The notes under the pieces were generated by a model. The model saw nothing but the letters and a program-made list of their open reading frames with translations. It was not told where the DNA came from and ran no database searches. A stretch of 64,000 nt of DNA from Macrostomum lignano (lineage: Eukaryota), in contig NIVC01000713.1 in the NCBI GenBank assembly GCA_002269645.1, forward strand, positions 372,001 through 436,000. Direction: 5' to 3'. This document shows positions 47,501 to 59,659 of this stretch, in pieces. Numbering within the stretch: position 1 is the first letter of the stretch; each line of letters begins with the position of its first letter. The position numbers were made by a program, and so were the translations under genes.

Positions 47501-50059
47501 AATAAAGCATGCATCAAATAAAGTCTCTCCTTACCGAAAATTGGCATCCCTAATGAACTCCTGCTTGATGTGATTAGGCTCCAGGTGATCAACTTCAGCT
47601 ATGAGGGCAACGCCACTAGCCAGCTCTGGCTCCTTGACCAGCTTTTCGTACGGCAGGATGAGGCGGTTATTATGATACAGCATTGCCCCATAGTCGGAGT
47701 GGTTGGCCGGCAGGACGCCGATTACAACTCGAACTCGATAATTCGAATTCGATCGAAGTTTCAAACGGGTCTCGTCGCTAGGCGACAGCTTGGGCGAGTA
47801 ATAGTCTATGGCCCGCTTGGCGAGACACCGCTGCATCAGCTGGGTGCGCACCTTGTGGTTGTTGATGCGAATTATCAGTCTCGGCTTCATGAACAGAATG
47901 CTCAGGTAGGCCTTCAGCGATCGGCTGTGAGTGAGGAGTTCAAATGGGATTTAAAGTTTATTTTATGCCCAAAGCAGTAAAGCAGTCGAACGCAAAGGCA
48001 CTCACCGAATAAGCGGGGACACAGAAGTCTGCAACAGCTGCATCCTCTGCACTGCCGGCAGGGCGGCATCGGACTGCAGCGTCTCCGAGTTGACAATGTC
48101 GCTCCTGTCGCTAACCAGGTCGAGTTCCAACGCCGAACTCGGATCGTCTGGCGAGGTGCGTTTCAGATTATAAATCAGTATCCTGGTGCCGTGCTTGCCA
48201 ATGCGATCGAACTGCGCCAGAACCTCGGATTCGAAACCGCCGAATAGGTCGCAGTGATGAGTGATGAGGCTGAGAGACTGGGCGCCATCTGGATCTGTCT
48301 CAGCCAGCTGGTCGTTCACCCAGGAACAGATCGGGAGCACGATGGTGTCAGCGCCGATGCGGGCTAGGAAGGTCTGCGATAGAAGACCGACAGACTTCAC
48401 AACGGCATTGTTGGCCAGGCGAGTCTTGGTGAACACGATGGCGTCCTTGCCGATGCGCATTGAGCCTGATTTGAAACCGTTGCCATAGTGACCGATTGGC
48501 TTGTGGCCCTGCGAGAGGCGGTAGAGAAATTTCTTGCTTTTTAAAATTAATAATGAACAGTGCTTTTTGCTCAAATTCATACCGTCATTTGATTGAAAGG
48601 TAGATCGTTTTTCATAAAAATTTATATTGTTAAAAATTTACGTTTTTCATTAAAAAGCCTACAAAGGCACAATTGTTACTTTCCAAAAAATGTAGATAGT
48701 TTTTCTTAGAAATGTAGATTATTTATTTTCTAGCAATGTACCAGTAAATTGTTTCTTTCCTAGAAATGTAGAATACTTATTTCCTAGAAATGTAGATCGC
48801 TTCTTTCCTAGAAATGTAGATCGTTTCTTTCCCAGAAATGTAGATTGTTTCTTCCCTAGTAGAAATGTAGAATATTTATTTCCTAGAAATGTAGATCGTT
48901 TCTTTCCCAGAAATGTAGATTGTTTCTTTCCTAGTAGAAATGTAGAATACTTATTTCCTAGAAATGTAGATCGCTTCTTTCCTAGAAATGTAGATCGTTT
49001 CTTTCCCAGAAATGTAGATTGTTTCTTTCCTAGTAGAAATTTAGAATATTTATTTCCTAGAAATGTAGATCGTTTCTTTCCCAGAAATTGAAATGTAGAT
49101 CGTTTCTTTCCTAGTAGAAATTTAGAATACTTTTTTCCTAGAAATGTAGATCGTTGCTTTCCTAGAAATTTAGAATACTTATTTCCTAGAAATGTAGATC
49201 GCTTCTTTCCTAGAAATGTAAATCGTTTCTTTCCCAGAAATGTAGATCGTTTCTTTCCTAGTAGAAATGTAGAATATTTATTTCCTAGAAATGTAGACCG
49301 TTTCTTTCCCAGAAATTGAAATGTAGATCGTTTCTTTCCTAGTAGAAATTTAGAATACTTTTTTCCTAGAAATGTAGAATACTTATTTCCTAGAAATGTA
49401 GATCGCTTCTTTCCTAGAAATGTAAATCGTTTCTTTCCCAGAAATGTAGATCGTTTCTTTCCCAGAAATGTAAATCGTTTCTTTCCCAGAAATGTAGATC
49501 GTTTCTTTCCTAGTAGAAATTTAGAATATTTATTTCCTAGAAATGTAGACCGTTTCTCTCCTAAAAATGTAGATTATTTATTTTCTAGAAATGTAGATCG
49601 TTTTTTCCTAGAAATGTAGAATATTTATTTCCTAGAAATGTAGATAATTTCTTTCCTAGAAATGTGCACCGTTTTTTCAAGAAATACGAGACGATATACG
49701 ATCGTGCATTTTTTATATTGCTGAATCGGTTTTCACCCTGAACAACTAGATTTACCAACCTTAACAGGCACTTTGTCGCAATAGCCGAAGCTGAGCATAT
49801 TATGCAGTCTGTTCAGCTCCATGCCTCTGCCATCGTCCGTAAAGCTCAAAACGTCGATACCCCGCATCACCTCGTGACGAATGTCAAGGTGAGCGGCTGC
49901 GCAGTCGGGATCGTAGGCGTTGTCAACTAGTTCGGCTATGGCCGAAAACACCCACAGGTGAGAGGTGGCGTTGGACACCAGGTAGGCTGGATTCGTTCGG
50001 GCTGACCGAAGACCGCTGACCTGCAGATCCTGCTGCTGCTGCTGCTGTTCCAACTCCAT
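44538..50059 (-). CDS. MORC: MORC-family GHKL ATPase with CW zinc finger (MORC3/4-like), about 739 aa, 6 exons
   Basis: Exons: 50059-49760, 48508-48006, 47924-47535, 46827-46528, 45762-45357, 44858-44538 (last acceptor least certain); 2220 nt. AIAELVDNAYD, DDGRGM, GHYGNGFKSGSMRIG, SLKAYLSILF; CW finger WVQCDSCQKWR...WYCSMNPD..CDIAEE. Confidence 0.92.
44932..45320. repeat. 28-bp GAGGATCTGGGAGGCTGGCCCAGCAACT minisatellite (family copy 2), MORC last intron
   Basis: About 14 units, same unit and orientation as 6964-7843. Confidence 0.93.
45990..46475. repeat. 21-bp minisatellite (GGGATTCTGAGATTCACGGTT), MORC intron 4
   Basis: Tandem units visible. Confidence 0.9.
46950..47360. repeat. Degenerate 21-bp minisatellite (GGGATTTTGAGATTTGAGGTT), MORC intron 3
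   Basis: Related to the intron-4 unit. Confidence 0.8.
48700..49660. repeat. AT-rich about 25-bp minisatellite (TTTCCTAGAAATGTAGATCGTTTC), MORC intron 1
   Basis: Tandem units visible. Confidence 0.92.
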
Positions 50060-50156
50060 GATTGCAGTCAGATGCCAGCCAGCAGCAAATATTTCAAACA
50101 CATTGTTAACCTGGCTGTAAGCTGTCGATCCAATAAATATTCAAGAACCATTGATC

Positions 50157-50790
50157 TGACGCTGGCCCAGCAACTGAGGATCTGGGAGGCTGGCTCAGCA
50201 ACTGAGGGTCTGGGAGGCTGGTGGCCTAGCAACTGAGGATCTGGGAGGCTGGCCCAGCAACTGAGGATCTGGGAGGCTGGTGGCCCAGCAACTGAGGATC
50301 TGGGAGGCTGGACCAGCAACTGAGGATCTGGGATGCTGACCCAGCAACCGGGGATCTGGGAGGCTGGCCCAGCAACTGAGGACCTGCGAGGCTGGCTCAG
50401 CAACTGAGGATCTGGGAGGCTGGCCCAGCAACTGAGGATCTGGGAGGCTGGTGGCCCAGCAACTGAGGATCTGGGAGGCTGGCCCAGCAACTGAGGATCT
50501 GGGAGGCTGGACCAGCAACTGAGGATCTGGGAGGCTGGCCCAGCAGCTGAGGATCTGGGAGGCTGGCCCAGCAGCTGAGGGTCTGCGAATCTGGCTCAGC
50601 AACTGAGGATCTGGGATGCTGACCCAGCAACCGGGGATCTGGGAGGCTGGCCCAGCAACTGAGGACCTGGGAGGCTGGCTCAGCAACTGAGGATCTGGGA
50701 GGCTGGCTCAGCAACTGAGGATCTGGGAGGTTGGCCCAGCAACTGAGGGTCTGCGAATCTGGCTCAGCAACTGAGGATCTGGGAGGCTGG
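50157..50790. repeat. 28-bp GAGGATCTGGGAGGCTGGCCCAGCAACT minisatellite (family copy 3), upstream of the MORC start codon
   Basis: About 22 units. Confidence 0.93.
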
Positions 50791-51534
50791 TGGTAGGGCC
50801 CAGTGATAATAAAGACACTCAATTAATTTATCTAGCTGTCATATTTTCAAGACTGCCTCAGACAAGAACAAGGTGGTAAGTGACATCATCATCACATGCC
50901 ATTCAAGAGTAGCAATTATGGTCATCATAGGCATTAAAGTGCATGTAGGTCTTTGTGAATAACTATGTATTGACCTATATTGATCTATATACAGGAAAGA
51001 AACGTACAAAAAATAAAGACAATCTGTTTTCAAACTCAGATAAAAGAGACAGGCCCTTAACCTTCGTATTGCGGTGCCCAGTAACATATATTTATTATTT
51101 TTAAAAAATGACAGCAACAAGTGTTACACTTCAAGTGTTAGCAGCAATTTTTATAGTCACATTGAATATGCGTATAATTGTTTTATTAATATAACATTGA
51201 ATACAGATTCTATTAGTTGATAAATAGTTTTGAATGACGAAATTAAACAATTGTTAACACAGGGGCGTTGACAGTAGCAAACGAGACTAAATGCAAACAG
51301 CAAACAGTTACGTAGTAGGGAGGGAGAAATTGTTACTTTTTTTATCCTATCTGCAACATTTAACTCCTCAGACAATGAAGTCAACATTCATACTACTGTT
51401 ACTGCTGAGTAAGTAGCAGGCATGGAGTCACAAATATAAAAAGATAAATTTTAAACAAAATCATGAAAACATAGATTCTTTAACTCACTTTTTATTTATA
51501 ACAATTTCAGGAGTTGAGATACTGATTCTAGAGA

Positions 51535-52225
51535 TTTTTGGGATACTGATCCCAGTGGGAGATTTGTGGGATACTGATCCCAGTGGGAGATTTTTGGGAT
51601 ACTGATCCCAGTGGGAGATTTTTGGGATACTGATCCCACCTGGGTTTAGGATACTGATACCAGTGGGTGATTTTTGGGATACTGATCCCACTGGGAGATT
51701 TGTGGGATACTGATCCCAGTGGGAGACTTGTGGGATTGAGGAGATTGTGGGATACAGATCCCAGTAGAAGATTTGTGGGATACAGATTCCAGTGGGAGAT
51801 TTGTAGGATACTGATCCCACCGGGAGATTTGTGGGATACTGATCCCAATAGGATTCGGGATACTGATCCCAGTGGGATTTTGGATACAGATTCCAGTGGG
51901 AGATTTGTGGGATACTGATCCCAGTGGGAGATTTGTGGGATACTGATCCCAGTGGGAGATTGTGGGATACTGATCCCAATAGAATTCGGGATACTGATCC
52001 CAGTGAGATTTTGGATACAGATTCCAGTGGGAGATTTGTGGGATACTGATCCCACTGGAAGATTTGTGGGATACTGATCCCACTGGGGTTTAGGATACTG
52101 ATCCCACTGAGAGATTTTTGGAATACTGATCCCAATAGGATTCGGGATACTGATCCCAGTGGGATTTTGGATACAGATTCCAGTGGGAGATTTGTGGGAT
52201 ACTGATCCCAGTGGGAGATTTTTGC
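51535..52225. repeat. About 28-bp minisatellite (TGGGATACTGATCCCAGTGGGAGATTTG) between TBP and MORC
   Basis: Tandem units with an internal TGGGAT/ATCCCA dyad. Confidence 0.92.
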
Positions 52226-52421
52226 GATATTAATCCCCGCGGGAAATTTAGGGAAAGTAAAACTAAATATAGAGATAGATATATCAGGATTGATGATGAA
52301 AATCCTTAATTAGAAATTTCGGCACACTGTTACAGAAATTAAAAAATGACGTGCGTTTAAAACGCAAACTCGCAGAGTCAGCCAGCGCATTCATGGCGCA
52401 TGGGCCATCCCGCCTGACGCA

Positions 52422-53078
52422 TTAAGTGGTCTTCTTGAAGTTGCGCAGAATCGGATAAATATTATTAAAAGCCTCGTAGATTTCCTCGCGAACTTTGGCT
52501 CCCGTGAGCACAACTTTGCCCGACACAAACACTAGCAGGACAATTTTCGGCTTAACCATTCGATAGATGAGGCCGGGAAACAGTTCCGGCTCGTAGCTGG
52601 AGAACTGAGAATAGGACAGCACAAGGCCTTCCAGCCGAATCGGGAACCGGACATCGCACGAGCCGACCATGTTTTGGATTTTAAAATCGGTGAATTTGGC
52701 CGGAAAGTCCAGCTTCTGAATGATCCTGGCGTACTTCCTGGCGGCCAGCTTGGCCTGCTCCTCGCTCTTGGCCCCGGTGCAGACCATCTTGCCAGACGAG
52801 AAGATCAACGCGGTGGTCCGAGGATCCCTAATCCGCATGATGACCGCGGCGAATCGTTTCGGATTGTACTCGGCATTTCTGGCGTGCAAGGCGATCTTCT
52901 TCAGGTCGAGTTTGCAGCCCAGATTCACGGTGCAGACAATATTCTGCAGCTGGGGCAGCGGCACTGTGTTCTCTGAGCTCACTGAGCCCGGCATGGTCAG
53001 CAGGTGGGCCGGAGTGGCAGCCACCGATGGCGGTCCCCCAGAGCTGCCAGGGCCGCCCCAACTGCCTGAAGCAGCCAT
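52422..53078 (-). CDS. TBP: TATA-box-binding protein; whole conserved core in one exon
   Basis: [40 protein letters not shown]...[15 protein letters not shown]...[24 protein letters not shown]. The ATG at 53078 may not be the true start: an acceptor-like CTTCAG| lies at about 53068. Confidence 0.95.
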   Translation of the reverse strand: MAASGSWGGPGSSGGPPSVAATPAHLLTMPGSVSSENTVPLPQLQNIVCTVNLGCKLDLKKIALHARNAEYNPKRFAAVIMRIRDPRTTALIFSSGKMVCTGAKSEEQAKLAARKYARIIQKLDFPAKFTDFKIQNMVGSCDVRFPIRLEGLVLSYSQFSSYEPELFPGLIYRMVKPKIVLLVFVSGKVVLTGAKVREEIYEAFNNIYPILRNFKKTT

Positions 53079-54774
53079 CAATCAATCAATCAGTTAAAAA
53101 TTGAATCCCAAGATCAAATTGATTTGCTTAATGCTGACAGGCATGCATGAATCAGATTAAAGATTATGGACTCATATTCCACATGTCAATTTTTTTCATA
53201 TTTTCCTAAAATTTTGCTAAAAGTTTTACTGTTACAGAAATAAAAAAATGAAGTGCATTTAAAATGCAAACGTGCAGAGTCAACCAGCGCATTCATGGCT
53301 GGCTTAAAATTAAGAGTTTAAAGCTCTGTGAGCGAATGAGGCACCAATTGGGCACAGAGCTTCCAGACTCAGTAGTCAAGCTGAATGCTCATTATCGGGT
53401 TGGCACACAAAATTATTTTTTTGCTATTGATAAAACTTGTCAATTTGAATGTGTGTGCTGCAAATTTAATACTTTGGCAGCAGGCATATAGGAGGTTGTG
53501 TAGGTAAAGTTTCAGACCTATGCCTAAGCAAGAAGGGTGTTAAGCTTAGCTAGTGACTTAAAACAATGTAATATTATGAAATAGTGAGTTCTGTCACTTA
53601 CCTAGAGTACAATTTTAGCCAAATGCAGTGGCCTAGCTAGGATTTTGAATTGGGAAGAGGATAACTACAAAGATTAAAGTCACAATCAAATTACATGGTT
53701 TTTCTAATTTTTTAAGTTATATATAATTTGAAGTAACCTTTTAATTAGCTAAAAAATCTAATTTGTTAAAATCAGAAAATCCATTAAATATCTGCCATGG
53801 TCAGGAAGATGTGCCATGTGTGCTGCAACAAATCCCTAGCCAAATGTTTAATTGTGTGCCATGTACCTGGTACCAAGAAAAAGAAACATGCATCTTGTAT
53901 TAGGCCTAGTACACACAGACCTATGTCACATCACACATCACACTTTGGGTATAAGTAGTACAGCTCAACTAGAAATTTTTTGATGGGGAAGGATGGATTC
54001 TAGAGGGTAAAGACCTCGGAAGGGGGCAGAGGGGTGGCTCTGTTTTTTGACAAAAATTTGCTTGGCCCCCTTTGATTTTTTTGGTCTCTGCCTAAGGGGG
54101 GGGGCAAATGCCTCCTCTGCCCCCCCCCCTTGGTTGTGCCACTGTGTGTATGCTAAGAAAGTTTTACTATATAGACTAGCCTATGTATCAAGTGCAGCAT
54201 GCAGCATGCTATATTAGGGATGGCCTGAAATTTTAGCTAGAATTTTGGGTACCCAAAACTTCAAGCATTTTAATTGCAATTTTTGGGTACAGTTTCAGTT
54301 TTGGGCATTACACTTTTGGGTACAATGTACATTTATACCCAAAAATTCAGTCTCATTGTATTATATAAGATTTGTTAGAACCATTTGCTATGCACACTGC
54401 ACTTTCTATAAAAGGTTTGGGTATGTACTAATTTTATTATTGGGTCAGATGAATGCTTGAATTGAATGCAAGTATTTTAATCTATGACTACAGTGACTCA
54501 GTCAAAACAGGGTAAGAAAGAAACAACTTGGAAGGTGGGTTAGAGATTTATTACCTTAACACTAGAGTTTAGACTAGGCACTGCTAGGGCATGGATAGGA
54601 TACCAGACATACCATAGTCATAATTAGTGAACCAATCAATATAAATTGATAATAAGCCCATAAACTTATTATAGAAAACAAAAACAAATCTTGCAGCTAC
54701 TGTCTTGCAACTCTGTGCTTGATCAGCTTTGCTTGTGGCTTTCTTCTAAGTGAGCATAGAAGCACTATATGGTA

Positions 54775-56064
54775 CGAGGGTCAGTCAAAAAGTAATGATA
54801 ATTTTGTTGCACTGCCTAAAATATCAGAGTTATTGAACTGCAACTGGTTTCATTTGAAAAAACATCTTTTGATCTTTATTTGACAGAGTTTTGGTTCTTC
54901 TAAATTGATTGATGCCTGCATGGTGACACTCTAATCATAGTATATCCTTTAAGCAATGGAAAATTCAAAAATCGAAGCTCGTACTAATGTGACATTTCTT
55001 GTATAGCTTGGTTGGAAGCCAGCCGAAATCATTGACGCTTTGAAGGTCTATGGGGACATTGCTCCACTAGATCCAACCATTTACTGCTGGATTCAGGCTT
55101 TTAAGGAAGGCCGAGAGTCCATGGAAGACGCCCAGCGGTCAGGAAGGCCCACATCGCGCACAGGGGAAAATGTGGTAGCTGTGCAGCCAGTGATTGAGCT
55201 AGATCGGCGCGTAACCATAGACAATACTGCTGAAAAAGTGGGCATTGCTCGTGGCAGTGCTCACTCCATTGTGATGGACTATCTTGGTCTGAGCAAGCTG
55301 AGTGCTTGCTGGGTCCCGCGGCTGTTGCGGCCTGAACACCAGGTTCAATGCACTGAGTGCGCCATCAACCTGCTAAACTGCTTGGACGCTGATTCAGAAA
55401 ACAGTTACCAGCGCTTAGTGACTGGGGATGAAACATGAATATTTCAATACAATCCCAAGTCCAAGGTCCAATCCAAGGAGTGGCTGCCACGAGATTCAGC
55501 AGGCCCCAAGTTCCATTTGGAACAGTCTGCAGCGAAGGTCTTGGCAACCATCTTCTGGGATGTTGAGGGAGTGGTGACAGTGGACTTCTTGGAAAGCCAG
55601 AAGACCATCAATGCCACCAATTATGAGTCACTTCTGTAAAAGCTCCGCACCAAACTGGCCAAAAAGCAACATGGCAAGTTGCACCTTGGGATTCTCTTTC
55701 ACCATGACAATGCACCAGCTCATACTTCTCGGCTCTGCCATGATGCCCTGCAAGATTTCTGCTGGGAAATCCTCCAGCATCCTCTATATAGCCTTGGTTT
55801 GGCTCTTTTGGACTTTTTTTGCTTCCCAAGCTGAATGAAGCAATCAAAGGAGTCCAAGATAAGGACAAAGAGGCTGCCAAAAAGGCTACTGTACAGTGGC
55901 TTGCTGCACAGCCTCCTGAGTTCTATGCAAACGGCCTAGAGAGATGGCAACACTGTATGGAGAAGTGCCTGACCCTGGAGGGGGACTATGTTGAAAAGTA
56001 GATTTCCATTTAAAGTTTGAGACTTGTGAGAACAAAATTATCATTACTTTTTTACTGACCCTTG
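54775..56064 (+). mobile_element. Decayed mariner (DD34D) transposon, 1290 bp
   Basis: TIR CGAGGGTCAGTCAAAAAGTAATGATAATTT and its imperfect reverse complement; TA TSD at 54773-54774 and 56065-56066. Transposase relic at about 54956-56001 with WVPRLL, VTGDET and HHDNAPAH, broken by stops and frameshifts. Confidence 0.93.
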
Positions 56065-56341
56065 TATGTATTTCTATGGCCAAGGGTATATGAACAAATG
56101 CATGCTGCTTACAGTAGGAAGCACTTATAAAAATTGGACTTTTGTGGCATGAAAGCTAAAATAAGCTGCTACCTTTTAGGGCATATGATTTTTTATCACA
56201 TATTAATACTTGTGAAAGCAAGCAAAAGTGACACTACTTCTGGGATACCCCTCATAACTCCTCCTCCTTCTCTCTATGTTTGTCACTTCAGCCAACTTCT
56301 CCCCCTCTCTCCCCTAGTCCCTGAATGTTTGCCACTTTAAA

Positions 56342-56416
<75 letters not shown>
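56342..56416. repeat. (TC)n microsatellite
   Basis: Directly visible. Confidence 0.95.
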
Positions 56417-56418
<2 letters not shown>

Positions 56419-59400
56419 TGCAATAGTTTTATGGGTTTGCCTTGCCATCTAAACTTGTGGGCTCCATTGATCACCTTCCCCTTTTATTGACTCCAAACCT
56501 CCCCCAAGTTGGCAACCCTTAAACACCAAAACCAAAAGCCTAGTCTTGTGCATAGCTTTATATTGATTGAAAACAAATGAAATTGAAATGCTTGCCATAT
56601 GTGCCTGTATCCAGTGCAGATTCTGAATGTCTATATTTAGTGCTAAGAGGCTCATACTAAGGAGATACTATTTTTTGCATCTCTTAAGCCTACCAGACAA
56701 GGCATACATATATACCATAGCAAGTCACAATTAGTGAATCTACTAACAATCTAATGCCCTCTTTTGGGGTGCCCAATAAGGAAGAAACAAAACTTATTTA
56801 TGAGAATCCTTTAAAATGAAAGTATAGTATCTTAAAAGCATGCGTTTTTAATTTTATTAATCTTTTACACTTTACATAGGTGTATGTGAATTCAGTAACC
56901 AAAATTTAGTCACCAAGAATTAAGTAATGCTAGAATTTGTAGTAATAGTTAAATTTAGTAATGCTTAAATTTAGTAATGCTGGAATTTAGTAACACAATG
57001 GTACAGTTGAGGGTTATCCTATATATATATTATTATTATATGTTATATAGTGCCAAAATAAGTGTTTGTGATGTAAAAATGAGTACTTGCGGGGCTAAAA
57101 TGTGTGGTACCAGTGGCGCTAGGATGAATGCTTACTATGCCAAAATAAGCAATCTATATAAATAGATAATAAGCTTAGAAATTTAATATAGAAAACAAAA
57201 GGCAAATCTAAATCTGCCCCAATTTAACTCTTCCCCCTTCTCTATATTTGCCCTTTAGCTAACCCCTCTTCCTCTCTCCCAAGTCTTTCAATGTTTGCCA
57301 ATTTAACCCCCCCCTCTCTCTTTCTTCTTGCAAATGATATTTTATAGGTTTGCCTTGCTACCTAAACTCTACTGATCACCTTTCCTTTTTATTATTTGAT
57401 TCTAAACCCCCAAGTTTACAACCACCAAACACCAAAAGACATGTCTTATGTATAGCTTTATATTGATTAAAAAGTGCAGATTCTAAACATGCTTAATGCT
57501 AAAAGACTCATTGTGACTAAGAAAAGGAATTGCTCTTAGCTGAAATTGCATAACAGCTATTGTTCATTGAAGTTAATTTGAACTTAAAGCTCTAAATATA
57601 CTTAATGAATAATGACATTCTCGAATATTTCAAATGAATATGAATGAAAAATAAACTATATCTCAATTACATACTTGTTTGCATTATTGACTTTTAAAAT
57701 TTGGGTCACTTTTGGGTGGTGGGAAAAATCTTTTTTGGGCCATCTTTATGCTATATGTTATGTGCACCAGAAAATTCCTTTGTGTAAGCCTATATGTGCT
57801 GCTGTTTTTGTATGAAATCTACAAGTGTTATCTACTGATCCTAAAAGTAGTGATATTGTTACTTTTCACTATATCTCTTATTCTACTAATCCAAATAACA
57901 TCATTTTACACATATTGATAATGGCAACTTTCTTCTTTATAATATATATTAACTTTAACATCATTAAAATAGATAATGGTAACAAAAGTTATAGGCCTAA
58001 ACTAAAATTTAGAGAGTTTTACTATGAAAAAATTTGGTATACATTTATTTTTGGTATATAATCAACTATCTTAAAAAATCACTATAGCACATACTTGCCA
58101 TGTGCCACCTTCTTGACTAGGCCCCTAGCCTATAGGCCATAGTTTGGATCATGTATTAATGTATACTAGGCCAGGGTAATGCCCAAAAAATAACAAAATG
58201 TTATTTGTATGCCAGGTTTATGTGCCAATATAAAAATTTTTATTTGACATAATGTATTTGTATTATGTATACCAGGATATAGGCCTATCCTAATCCTAAT
58301 TCCTAATATATACTAAAAATGGTAAGACCCTTATTGTATGCCAGGAAATCCTGGTATACATGTTGCCTTACAAACTATGGCTTATGCCCTATGGGGCACT
58401 GGCATCTTTGGACATTGTCTTTGGTAGGCCTAGGGCCTATCATTTAAGATAGGGCCTAACAATTAAAAATATCAATTCAGGATAATGCTATTTAATAGTA
58501 GTCAAAGAGCCTAAATATTGATAAAATGGCCTACACCTATAACTTATTTCCACTCTAATTTGGTCTAATTTAGGCCTAGGCCTACATTGCTTGGAGTTAG
58601 CTGGTTAATTTAATGTTTGAATTAACCTCTCTTAGCCTCCAGCTCTAGCTCTAATTCTTTGTAGGCACATAAATCAATGAGTAGAATTAAACGTTGCAAG
58701 TCTGCAGATGTATACTTAAAAAAACAAAGCCAACAAAAAACATTCTGTTAAATTCGAATATTTAACAGATGGCCAATAAAACTATTTGGCGCGCGATGTG
58801 CGACATAGGCCTATATTTCACTTAACACAGCATCGTCAGGTCACCCGACGACAACCGGCTAGCCGGGCCAAAAGCTTACAAAATCATCGGGCTAACCGGC
58901 AGGAAAGCGCGCTCTCGAGCTCTCGCTTTTCCCGGCTAGACGGGCCCAAAGCGCGCTCCCATACAATCAAATGGGAGTGTATCAATTGAAAGCTTTCACG
59001 GGTGTTTAATAACAATTTGCAGTAGAAAAATCGACGTTTGTTAATATTAATTCGCTTGCATGTAATTTGAAAACAAAATTTACAGGAATGAGCTATGGTT
59101 CCTGTGTTCAACGTTCAACAAAAGCTTTTAAGGCGTATTTGTTGTGCTACTGTGCATTGCTGTGCTGGCCTATGCACTAGACTAAACAAGTCAAGGCTTC
59201 GTGTACAAGATAAATAAAAGGAGCTTTTCTTAAATTTCTTGTACATTATTATGTGATTGCTTGAGTAATTTTTTTCTATAGTTTTAAAGCCTGTCACGTG
59301 TCAGTTAATTAATAATACAGGCATTTGAAATATAAATGTAGGTCTAATATTATGAGAAGTAACTTATAAGCAGCTTTTATTCAATTATAAAAAGGCTTCA

Positions 59401-59659
59401 ATTCAATTAAATTCTATTATTTAGCTATAGCCCTATGTGTACGAAAGCCTATTGAGCACTAAGCCTAGGCCTAGCTTATTGACTTGGCCTTAATGAATAG
59501 ATTTAGCTAACTTACTAGATAAGAGCCTTAAAATTTTGTTTTTTTTATCTATCTACTTTAATCTTTATGTATACCAATAGGCCTTTGACTAAATAACAAA
59601 CTATAAAACTAAGCCTACAATATTTTATATCAAATACCTGATGTTTGACTTATTTTCCT

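Noticed and set aside
53626-54144. CAGTGGC...GCCACTG pair as a MITE
   Set aside because: The ends resemble hAT MITE termini but the flanking 8-mers differ (GCCAAATG vs TGTGTATG); no TSD.
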